Below are positions 29,727 to 37,658 of a stretch of DNA of 64,000 bases, in pieces. Both the position numbers and the translations under genes were made by a program. The notes beneath the pieces were generated by a model. The model worked only from the letters and a program-made list of their open reading frames with translations. It was not told where the DNA came from and ran no database searches. The stretch is from Acetatifactor muris (GTDB lineage Bacteria; Bacillota; Clostridia; Lachnospirales; Lachnospiraceae). The stretch's first letter is position 1. The number at the start of each line of letters is the position of its first letter. The stretch is taken from contig JAMPHD010000001.1 in NCBI GenBank assembly GCA_023663635.1, forward strand, positions 390,383 to 454,382, read 5' to 3'.

Positions 29727-30305
29727 ATGTCGCTTTTAGAAAAATGGCGTTCTATCGCATACGATTATACAAAATCTAAATCAGAAATAGATTCTTTTTG
29801 GAATCAATACTTTACAAAGGAAACACAATTTTATGAAAGGTTATTAAATATTTCAGAACATCCAATTTTAGATACGGTTGAAAATTTTGCTGTTAAATTT
29901 GATACAGATATTATAACTATGGTTGGATTTTTAGATGGAATTAATGATAGTCTTAAAATTCCAAATAATATTGAAGAAATAACGGAAAAAACAATAGTAA
30001 CATTAGATTGCAACTTAGAAGAGTTGTACAAAAATGCTATAAAATCAGATGCAAAGCACATATATACATTATCTATTTGGGATACAATTCTTCCGAATAG
30101 AAAAAGCATACCAAGACCACCAATTGAATATAAAGATAAATTGTTACAACCAACTTTAAACCAACCTAAATGTCCCACTTGTAATAGTACTAATATTAAG
30201 AAAATATCAGGCTTATCCAAAGCCGGGAGTGTGGCATTGTTTGGGATCCTTTCCCAAAAAGTAAAGCATCAGTTTAAATGCAACAACTGCGGCTATGAGT
30301 GGTAG
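29727..30305 (+). CDS. AT-rich hypothetical protein with a C-terminal CxxC...CxxC zinc ribbon (moron, opposite strand)
   Basis: This 192-aa ORF runs convergent to the TMP. It has very low GC. Its C-terminus reads CPTCNS...CNNCGYEW. Confidence 0.6.
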   Translation: MSLLEKWRSIAYDYTKSKSEIDSFWNQYFTKETQFYERLLNISEHPILDTVENFAVKFDTDIITMVGFLDGINDSLKIPNNIEEITEKTIVTLDCNLEELYKNAIKSDAKHIYTLSIWDTILPNRKSIPRPPIEYKDKLLQPTLNQPKCPTCNSTNIKKISGLSKAGSVALFGILSQKVKHQFKCNNCGYEW

Positions 30306-30310
30306 TGCCC

Positions 30311-30337
30311 GGGGCGGTCTTCCGTAAGGAGACCGCC
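30311..30337 (+). terminator. stem-loop immediately after the zinc-ribbon ORF
   Basis: The hairpin gggcggtct/agaccgccc is a 9-bp stem. No clear T tract follows. Confidence 0.35.
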
Positions 30338-30896
30338 CTGATTTAACATATGGGCTGCATATGATATATGTTTTGATTTTTACCCGTTGGCCGAAACACT
30401 GCGGCCAAGCGCATCACTGAAAATCATAAAATCGCAATGCGCACTATGCATTACCGGTAGACTGCATTATGGCTGCGGTCTGCCGGGAGGATGGGTATGT
30501 CTGTGGGGATTGCTCTCTCCGTCAGGGAGAGTGCCGTCCTGCTCGTTATCCATTGTCCGCGATACTTAGGCGTCCGTGGGTTCTCACCCGCGTTACCGTA
30601 TATCAACATGACCGGTTTTTTCTGCTTTCGCAACCGCGTCCGCAATGAGGGGACTGTGGTCCGACATGTGTTAGCCGGATGGCTCCGGTCTTACCCGAAA
30701 GTAAGAGATTTTCAAGCATTTACTCCTCCATGTACAGTTTATACTCCGCTTAAAGTGTTTGCAGAGTCTTATTAAAAACCCCATGTATCCACAGACTTGT
30801 ACGCGGCGCCGTTATGCCGTTTTCTTGTCTGTGATCGCCCGACCAAAATCCCCCGCCAAAGTGATTCCGATCATGTCACCCCGCGTTGCCGCGGGG

Positions 30897-32150
30897 TCAA
30901 GCAAAGTTTTTAACGAATTCCCGTATGCTCAACAGTCCGCTCCCTATTCCAACGGTTCCAAACAGTCCCGTCTTCTCCGTCAGCCGTTCAAGGCCGTTGC
31001 CGAGGGAGAGCAGGGCGTCAAGGAAGGTTTTCACGTCTTCGGGATCCAAGATGTTTTGCAGGATCCCGTTCCCCGCCTCCCGGAGACGGTTCAGGCGGTG
31101 CTCCACGGTGTCTGCCGCGGCGGCCATCTCCGTTTCTATGCCGCCCGCTGAGCGGGCCATGGTCTCCATGGAGTCGGTGACGGTGTCGAAGTGTTCGAGG
31201 AGGGCAGTGGAAAACCGCGCGTCTTCCTCTCTGCCGAGAAACTCCGACAGGCTGTTTTGCCGCGTGGCATCCAGTTCTCCGTAGATTTCAGAGATGTCCT
31301 GCAGCAGTTCCATGGTGGATTTCAGCCGTGTGCCGGCCTCGTCGGCGAAGAGGCTGACGCCTCCGGGGCTGTCAGCGGTACGGGTCAGTTCCGCCACGGT
31401 GCGGGAGAGTTCCCGGACGTCGGCGGTGCAGACCCCCGTGTCCTCGGAGTATCCGCGGGTCCGCAGGGAGAGTGTGTTCAGGATGTCCGCGGCCCGTGCG
31501 GCGTCTCCCGTGAGGGAGGTGAGGACCGCTCCGAGGGCTATGGTGTCCTCCGGGCTGTTGCCCGCATCCGCCATGGCATCGGCCGAGCGGGTCAGGAGCT
31601 CCAGGATTTCCGCATTGCCGAAGGGACGTGTCCTGCCCACGGCATTGATCTTGGAAAGGAGATCATCAAGGGTCCGGTCGGAAGTTTCCAAATCCATGCG
31701 GAAGGCTTTCATGACGGCGGAGAGCCCCGATACGGCATCTTCCGGGGTCATCCCGGGGGAGACGGCGGCCAGCATGGCGGAGTATTCGGTGAGTGTGGAG
31801 AGGGCATGTTGTGTCGCGGCGCCCAGTCTGCTCCACGCGGCGGCCTGTTCCAGAATGTCGGTGGTGGCGGTGCCGGTGCGGCGGGCGATGTCATCTGCGG
31901 TTTCATGAAAGGCAGCCAGTTGGCGCGCTGTCATGCGGGATGCCCTCTGCAGGGAAGTCATGGCTGTGTCGAGATCGCGGACGGCGGATAGGATATCTCC
32001 GGGGACGGTGAATGCCTTCACGAAGGCGCCGGCGCGTTTGGTGAGAAGGGAGAGAGTCCCCGCGCAGTCCGACAGAACCGCCAGGAGGGATTGGCCTTTT
32101 TTGCCCGCTTTGTCCAGATCTTTGATCAGGGTGTCGGTGGAATTGCTCAT
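30897..32150 (-). CDS. tail tape measure protein, N-terminal portion (417 aa)
   Basis: It has the alanine-rich TMP N-terminal core region (DLDKAGKKG..., LSAVMKAF..., TADVRELS...). It ends in a hydrophobic segment. Confidence 0.72.
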   Translation of the reverse strand: MSNSTDTLIKDLDKAGKKGQSLLAVLSDCAGTLSLLTKRAGAFVKAFTVPGDILSAVRDLDTAMTSLQRASRMTARQLAAFHETADDIARRTGTATTDILEQAAAWSRLGAATQHALSTLTEYSAMLAAVSPGMTPEDAVSGLSAVMKAFRMDLETSDRTLDDLLSKINAVGRTRPFGNAEILELLTRSADAMADAGNSPEDTIALGAVLTSLTGDAARAADILNTLSLRTRGYSEDTGVCTADVRELSRTVAELTRTADSPGGVSLFADEAGTRLKSTMELLQDISEIYGELDATRQNSLSEFLGREEDARFSTALLEHFDTVTDSMETMARSAGGIETEMAAAADTVEHRLNRLREAGNGILQNILDPEDVKTFLDALLSLGNGLERLTEKTGLFGTVGIGSGLLSIREFVKNFA

Positions 32151-32375
32151 GTGTCTGTGTTACCTCCTTTTCCGGATTAGGTCTCCTGATTTTCGGCATG
32201 GATCATTTCCGCCAGCCGGGAGATCAAATCTTTCTTTTTCTGCTCCTCCATGATGCCCAGAATGATTTCATAAATGGTCAATCTGATTTTCCACTGAGCC
32301 TTTTTCATTCTAAAGAATACAAACATCTGATTTTCCTCTTTTCTTTCTTCATTGATGGTTGTGGATCCGTATGGA

Positions 32376-32822
32376 TCAGTCCATTTCTTTCAATCCGCGC
32401 ATGGCCGGCTCCACAATGCTGTGAATGTATCCGTCTCCGCCGCGTGACTCATAATCGTCAAACAGATCCCAGAAGGCATCTTTTTCCAACTTGGACCATT
32501 GGACTGCATCCTTGTATTTATTGTAGTATCTCACAAGACTGTCCTTGAGTTTCTTAAGTTCCGTCTCGTTGTCCTTGCGCTGCATTTCCGCCAGAGTGGC
32601 TACAATGCCGTTGACGGTGTCGGACAGTTTGGCCAGATCCTTTTTGATGAGCAGCAGATCCCGCTCCTTCCGCCGTTTTCGCATCCATAGGGTCTCCAGC
32701 TCCAATTTATCGGAGAACCATTCCAGGATGGACAGCATGGATTTCATTCCGACCAGTATGACAAACACCGAGACAAGTACATAAGAAAAGTCGATCTTCC
32801 AAAATTCCCGTATTGCGTCCAT
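32376..32822 (-). CDS. membrane/coiled-coil lysis-accessory protein (XhlA-like?)
   Basis: It has one TM helix and a coiled coil. It is directly downstream of the holin, with its start at an internal Met that avoids overlap. Confidence 0.4.
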   Translation of the reverse strand: MDAIREFWKIDFSYVLVSVFVILVGMKSMLSILEWFSDKLELETLWMRKRRKERDLLLIKKDLAKLSDTVNGIVATLAEMQRKDNETELKKLKDSLVRYYNKYKDAVQWSKLEKDAFWDLFDDYESRGGDGYIHSIVEPAMRGLKEMD

Positions 32823-32835
32823 TTGCCGTACCGCC

Positions 32836-33141
32836 TCATTTCTTCGGGCCGATGATCTGCTCCACTGCCTGTCTGACCTTGTCATAGGAAGTCATACTCA
32901 CCAGACCTGCAGCCAGTCCCATCAGGATCAGACAGATCATGTTGTTGACCGTGAACGGAATGGCGTTCAGGCGGTAGAAGACGGCAGTACCGCCCCCGCC
33001 TATGACGAGGGCGGTGATCATTGCCGCGAGATTGTAGGGCAGATTGACTCTGTCAGTGATGAGAGTTTTAACGGCCTCCGTGACGAGACTGCTGATCGCG
33101 GAGAGAAGAGACAGCAAAATTAAAAACATGGTAGTGTTCAT
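32836..33141 (-). CDS. phage holin
   Basis: It is 101 aa with two or three TM helices and a charged C-terminus. It is immediately downstream of the endolysin. Confidence 0.7.
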   Translation of the reverse strand: MNTTMFLILLSLLSAISSLVTEAVKTLITDRVNLPYNLAAMITALVIGGGGTAVFYRLNAIPFTVNNMICLILMGLAAGLVSMTSYDKVRQAVEQIIGPKK

Positions 33142-33142
33142 A

Positions 33143-34189
33143 TCAAATCCTCCCTGTGATTCCTTTTACGATGGCATCCGCCATTTGGTCTGCCCGGTAT
33201 AAAGCCACATCGTCCCGATCGTCCACAAAGCAGCATTCGATGAGCAGTGCGGGAGATTTGGTCTTCTTTAACACGTAGAGCGAAGGGGACACCTTTACTC
33301 CGCGGTTTTTAAAGCCCAATGCCGCAATGGCATTGACGATACGTTGGGCATAGGGCTTGGCTTTGGATGTGGAGGAGTAGACATAGATTTCCGTTCCCGT
33401 GGTCCTGCCGTTGCCGCCCTTATCTTTGGCGCCGCTGTTGAAATGAATGCTGATGTCCAGATCTGCGGGCCGGGCATTGCACTTTTGGACGATCCGGCTC
33501 AGCACATTGTTTTGGCTTGTGCCGTCATTCACGGTGCAGTCATATACGGTGTGGCCCTGTGTCCTCAGTCTGTCGATGACTTTATCTTTGACAATACGGG
33601 CTTCGGTGGATTCTTTGATCAGTCCCACGGCTCCGCAGGCGATCTTGCCGTCCGGGTTGTGGCCGGCATGAATGTTAATGATCATTTGACGCTCTCCTTT
33701 CGTGCTCTGCCTGGGCTTGTCCCATGTGTCATATTGCGTCAGATCATACTTTCGGACAACGGCCATGACATTGTCAACGTATCGGATGCTTGTGGCATAT
33801 CCGTCCTGTTTGATGTTCTCCAGATAAATTTGCGGATCCGTCACACCTTTGAGATTGGCGTAATTGGAAATATTGGTAAAATCAAAATACCCGCGGACAC
33901 CGCTTTCCATATCGGGAAATCTCATCCAGTTCATTGAAGATGAGAGATAGCTGCCGTCAGCGTTCTGCTCACTCCCGATCTTGCGGTAGATCCCACAGGC
34001 GGTGGGACATCTGCCCGCCCGGTATTTCAGGCCGAAGTAGTTATGGGCATTCCGGGCAAGTTCAGATGTGCCGCTTGCGGATTCCAATATGGCCTGCGCC
34101 ACAATGGGGGAGCAGATACTGATCCCGTATTGGGGCGCGTATTTTTGTATGTATGGTACGATCTGTTCTATAAATCCCATGTCAGACAC
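33143..34189 (-). CDS. bifunctional endolysin: N-terminal glucosaminidase plus C-terminal N-acetylmuramoyl-L-alanine amidase (Amidase_3)
   Basis: The N-terminal domain (FIEQIVPYIQKYAPQYGI...) is glucosaminidase-like. The C-terminal part has IINIHAGHNPDG, GAVG and E...HFNS zinc-amidase motifs. Confidence 0.82.
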   Translation of the reverse strand: MSDMGFIEQIVPYIQKYAPQYGISICSPIVAQAILESASGTSELARNAHNYFGLKYRAGRCPTACGIYRKIGSEQNADGSYLSSSMNWMRFPDMESGVRGYFDFTNISNYANLKGVTDPQIYLENIKQDGYATSIRYVDNVMAVVRKYDLTQYDTWDKPRQSTKGERQMIINIHAGHNPDGKIACGAVGLIKESTEARIVKDKVIDRLRTQGHTVYDCTVNDGTSQNNVLSRIVQKCNARPADLDISIHFNSGAKDKGGNGRTTGTEIYVYSSTSKAKPYAQRIVNAIAALGFKNRGVKVSPSLYVLKKTKSPALLIECCFVDDRDDVALYRADQMADAIVKGITGRI

Positions 34190-34190
34190 C

Positions 34191-35327
34191 TCACTTTTTG
34201 CGCAGAGTATTTGATTTGCTATTTAGTTTTCGTAGTTTGGCGACACATACGTTCAATTTGTCGCACACATAATCCAACTCCTCCGGGGTCTCCTTCCCGC
34301 TGAAGGTCATGCGGACGCAACTGTGGATATCGTCCGGATCCATGCTGATGGCCGTCAGAGCAGTGGAGGCGGAGAGCGCCCCGCTGTTGCAAGCGGATCC
34401 GGTGGAGACCTGAATGCCGTTTGCGTCCAACAGATACATCAAAGATTCTCCCTCCACGCCCCGAAAGCATATATACAGATGCCGCGGCAGACGGTGACTG
34501 GCGCTGCCGACCAAGTAACTTTCGGGAATATGGTCTGCAATGTAGCGACAGACATAGTCCCGGGAGTGGGATGAGACGGAGGAATAGTCATGCTCCCTGA
34601 CGGCCCGGTCCAATGAGGCGATCCCAAGCACATTTTCGGTGCCGCCGATCAGTCCCTGCTCCTGGCTGCCGCAGATCAGCGGCTCCGGGTCAATGGCGGG
34701 CTTTTTGTAAAATACGCCGCAACCCTTCAACCCGCCCAGTTTGTGGGCGGAGAATCCGCACATATCCACATTCAGTTCCTCCACATCCAATGGGATGGAG
34801 GAAATACTGCCGGTGCAGTCCAAGTACATGATACCGTTAAAGTGATGTGTCAGATCGATGATCGCCCTCACATCCTGTATGGTTCCGATTTCGGAGCAGG
34901 CATGTTCAACCGCGACAAGGGCCTTTTCGTCTGACGCGCGCAATTGTTCCCGCAGGTTAGACAGATCTATCGATCCGTGTCGGTCCACTTTGAGCGGATA
35001 TGTCCTGTCGCGGTTTTCCACGCATTTTAAGATGGATTTGTGGGCGGTGGGAGAGTATAATATGCGACAATCGTGTCTCGCGCAATAGCCTCTGACGGCC
35101 AGAGTGTTGCTCGCTGCCCCGCCGGGGGTGAAGAAAATATCATTTGGGCAGGCATGGATAAAGCGGGCCACCGAATCCCGGCAAGATGTGATGATCTGCC
35201 GGGCCGGTTTGCCCACCGAATGGAGGGAGGAGGGATTGCCATATTGGTCCAACAGTGAGATCAGATACTGTCGGGTGGTGGGAGAGAGGGGAGTGGTGGC
35301 TGCATAATCCAGGTATATTTTTTTCAT
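34191..35327 (-). CDS. cysteine desulfurase (NifS/IscS-like, PLP-dependent class V aminotransferase)
   Basis: The MKKIYLDYAATTP N-terminus, the SAHKLGG PLP-lysine motif and a C-terminal active-site Cys region (GSACNSG) are present. Confidence 0.82.
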   Translation of the reverse strand: MKKIYLDYAATTPLSPTTRQYLISLLDQYGNPSSLHSVGKPARQIITSCRDSVARFIHACPNDIFFTPGGAASNTLAVRGYCARHDCRILYSPTAHKSILKCVENRDRTYPLKVDRHGSIDLSNLREQLRASDEKALVAVEHACSEIGTIQDVRAIIDLTHHFNGIMYLDCTGSISSIPLDVEELNVDMCGFSAHKLGGLKGCGVFYKKPAIDPEPLICGSQEQGLIGGTENVLGIASLDRAVREHDYSSVSSHSRDYVCRYIADHIPESYLVGSASHRLPRHLYICFRGVEGESLMYLLDANGIQVSTGSACNSGALSASTALTAISMDPDDIHSCVRMTFSGKETPEELDYVCDKLNVCVAKLRKLNSKSNTLRKK

Positions 35328-35358
35328 TTTGTCTTATTTCCTAAGTATGTGTCCGCGG

Positions 35359-35628
35359 TCAGGTTCCCATGATATCGTCCAATACCTTCCGGGCGCTCTC
35401 TTTGTAAAGCGCCCGGTCGGACAGATCCAGATCGGAGAGCAGATTTCTCGCCTCTTCCCCGGTGATGATATGATTATGGTAGTCTTTCAGGATCATGAAG
35501 ATTTGGTAGTGCGCGGGAGTGTCTGTCAGCACCCGCCAGGATGTGAATGCTTTGGACTTGGAGCAGCTGTCACAGGCATGATATCCCTTTCCGCACAGGA
35601 CACACCAATGATTGATCTCTCCGGGCAT
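35359..35628 (-). CDS. small zinc-binding protein (hypothetical)
   Basis: It has a CVLCGKGYHACDSC motif. It is translationally coupled between neighbouring genes. Confidence 0.4.
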   Translation of the reverse strand: MPGEINHWCVLCGKGYHACDSCSKSKAFTSWRVLTDTPAHYQIFMILKDYHNHIITGEEARNLLSDLDLSDRALYKESARKVLDDIMGT

Positions 35629-36395
35629 CAGTTGGCCACGATCACACTGAAGAGGTCGGTTCCGTCATCTTCACAGTAATCCTTCATGAAGTCGATGGAG
35701 AAACTGTGCTTGCCCGTTCCGGTCAGAGCCGTCTCGATGGATGAGGGATCGATCTTGCCTTTCTTGGCCACGATGGTACCGGCATACTTGATGTTCTCGT
35801 TGCACATGTCCTTGAAGATTGCGAAGATCTTCACGCCGACAGCCTCGGGGAAGTTCTCGGTATTGTTGACCACACGGACGGCGCCGGAGGTCTCGTACTC
35901 ATACTCCACATAGATCTTGCCGGTCACATCGGTGGGCACGGTGATCTCCCGGTCTGCGATGGTGAACTCGGACTCACTTGCCATTGCGCCCAAGGTAAAC
36001 TTTTGGGCGAGCTGACCGCTCTCAAGCTTATAGATGTACTTCACGTCATTCAGCGGTTTGTGGGACAGGGTGATTCTGCCGTCTTCCACGGTGAGAATTT
36101 CCTCCACGGGCACCCGGATCTTGTGATCCTCGTCCGCGATCTCCTTGTCCGTGCCATACTGCAGCGCCAACAGATCCATGCTGAACAGAGAGTTGGTGGC
36201 GGAGAAAGTGCCGGTCTTGGCCCTAAACAGTTTCGTGATCAATGCGCCCTGCGCGTTGGTGATCTCCTCGCCCTCGGCTGCAGTCTGCAGACTGGGCTCC
36301 TCCAGGTTGGTCAGACGGCCGATCACGGATCCGTCGGACAGGTCAGTGAAGATAAGGCTGCGCACCCTATCAAGAATCAGTTCGTTTACGTTCAT
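35628..36395 (-). CDS. phage structural protein (putative major tail/tube protein)
   Basis: It is 255 aa, acidic and beta-rich. Position and size are consistent with a sipho tail tube. The assignment is tentative. Confidence 0.4.
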   Translation of the reverse strand: MNVNELILDRVRSLIFTDLSDGSVIGRLTNLEEPSLQTAAEGEEITNAQGALITKLFRAKTGTFSATNSLFSMDLLALQYGTDKEIADEDHKIRVPVEEILTVEDGRITLSHKPLNDVKYIYKLESGQLAQKFTLGAMASESEFTIADREITVPTDVTGKIYVEYEYETSGAVRVVNNTENFPEAVGVKIFAIFKDMCNENIKYAGTIVAKKGKIDPSSIETALTGTGKHSFSIDFMKDYCEDDGTDLFSVIVAN

Positions 36396-36439
36396 AGTTT
36401 CTTCTCCTTTTTGTGATGTATTTGATAAAGAACCCGGGG

Positions 36440-37201
36440 TTATTTGAGTTCTCCCATCCAGTTTAAAGCGTCTTTGTCGATCCGGTTAAGGTTCACGCCA
36501 AAGCCCGAGTAGCCGCTCTGTAGGAGCAGGGTGGCGTTTTTGATCCGTTCAATCCTCTGTACGCTGTCCATAAAGGGATATATTTTCATGTCAAACACGG
36601 TGTGATGATCCTGCTTGAAACCCTCCGAGTTGACCATGGCGGATATCAGCGGCAGCAGATAAGAATGCGGTGTCATGCCCTTGCTTTGTTCATAGTTCTC
36701 TCTTGCCTCCTCTATTAGGATTCGGCGGGTGGCCTCATTGCCGGGGACTTCTTCATTGCGCCTGAGCCGGTGCATCTTACGGACGGCGGTTACAAGGGCA
36801 TTGTAAACGTAGCGGTCGATCCGCGGTTGCCTGTCCGGTCCGGATTGCGGCGCAAGAATGACTTCTTTGAGGTTCTCGTCATAGGTCGGTTGCATTTGAG
36901 ACAGATCCATGGAGTCACCCAGAAGGATGGCGGTGGACTTTCGGGGCAGTTGAGCGGACAGGAGAGAGGTAAACAGCTCAAAATCCGATATCCGAGTGTA
37001 ATCGATTCCCATGTCGTCTAATTGCCATTTCAGATCCGCGCCCACGGAGCACATCATCCGGACCATGTGAAAATATTCCGTCTCGCCGTACTCGCATATC
37101 TCGCGCAGAGTGGGCTGTCTGATGGAGATATGTTCATTGATTCGCAGATCGTCACCGCGATACAGTTTCAGTTCGTCGATTTGGTTTTCCGATCCCATCA
37201 T
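36440..37201 (-). CDS. hypothetical phage protein
   Basis: Choosing an internal Met start (MMGSENQ...) gives tight coupling to the HU-like gene stop. Confidence 0.4.
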   Translation of the reverse strand: MMGSENQIDELKLYRGDDLRINEHISIRQPTLREICEYGETEYFHMVRMMCSVGADLKWQLDDMGIDYTRISDFELFTSLLSAQLPRKSTAILLGDSMDLSQMQPTYDENLKEVILAPQSGPDRQPRIDRYVYNALVTAVRKMHRLRRNEEVPGNEATRRILIEEARENYEQSKGMTPHSYLLPLISAMVNSEGFKQDHHTVFDMKIYPFMDSVQRIERIKNATLLLQSGYSGFGVNLNRIDKDALNWMGELK

Positions 37202-37202
37202 T

Positions 37203-37532
37203 TTAACCTGCCTTTCCCGAGTGTCTGTTTTCAAAGAGTTTGCGGTTGATCTTTTCACTAAAGTATTTGGACAGACAGATTTTAGTCTTCACATGTGCCG
37301 GACAGTCGATATCCCGGAACATGCCCTTGGAATAGTTCTTTCGCGCCACATAGTTCCTTCGAATCTGTATGCCGCTAAACAGCTTAATGCTGACGTCCTC
37401 CGTCGGAGTGACTGAAACAAGACGGTCAAAAATGATTTTTTCCGCGGTCCGAAACATTTGTTGGACGATTGCCACATCCATATTTCCGCTTTCCGCGATC
37501 TGTCTGATCAAAGTATCCTGTGTGATGTTCAA
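37203..37532 (-). CDS. HU/IHF-like nucleoid DNA-binding protein (phage-encoded, diverged)
   Basis: The N-terminus (MNITQDTLIRQIAESGNMD...) and length match the HU fold pattern. Synteny with yonO recalls SPbeta yonN. Confidence 0.55.
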   Translation of the reverse strand: MNITQDTLIRQIAESGNMDVAIVQQMFRTAEKIIFDRLVSVTPTEDVSIKLFSGIQIRRNYVARKNYSKGMFRDIDCPAHVKTKICLSKYFSEKINRKLFENRHSGKAG

Positions 37533-37658
37533 AGCAGCTTGGTACCTCCTTTATACGCACAAAACTTTCGACGTAATTTACGGACGTTTTTCCGGTGAAG
37601 GATTTTTTTCAGCCGTAAATAACGGGATGATCTTCGGGGTTTTAAAACCGGGGACATG

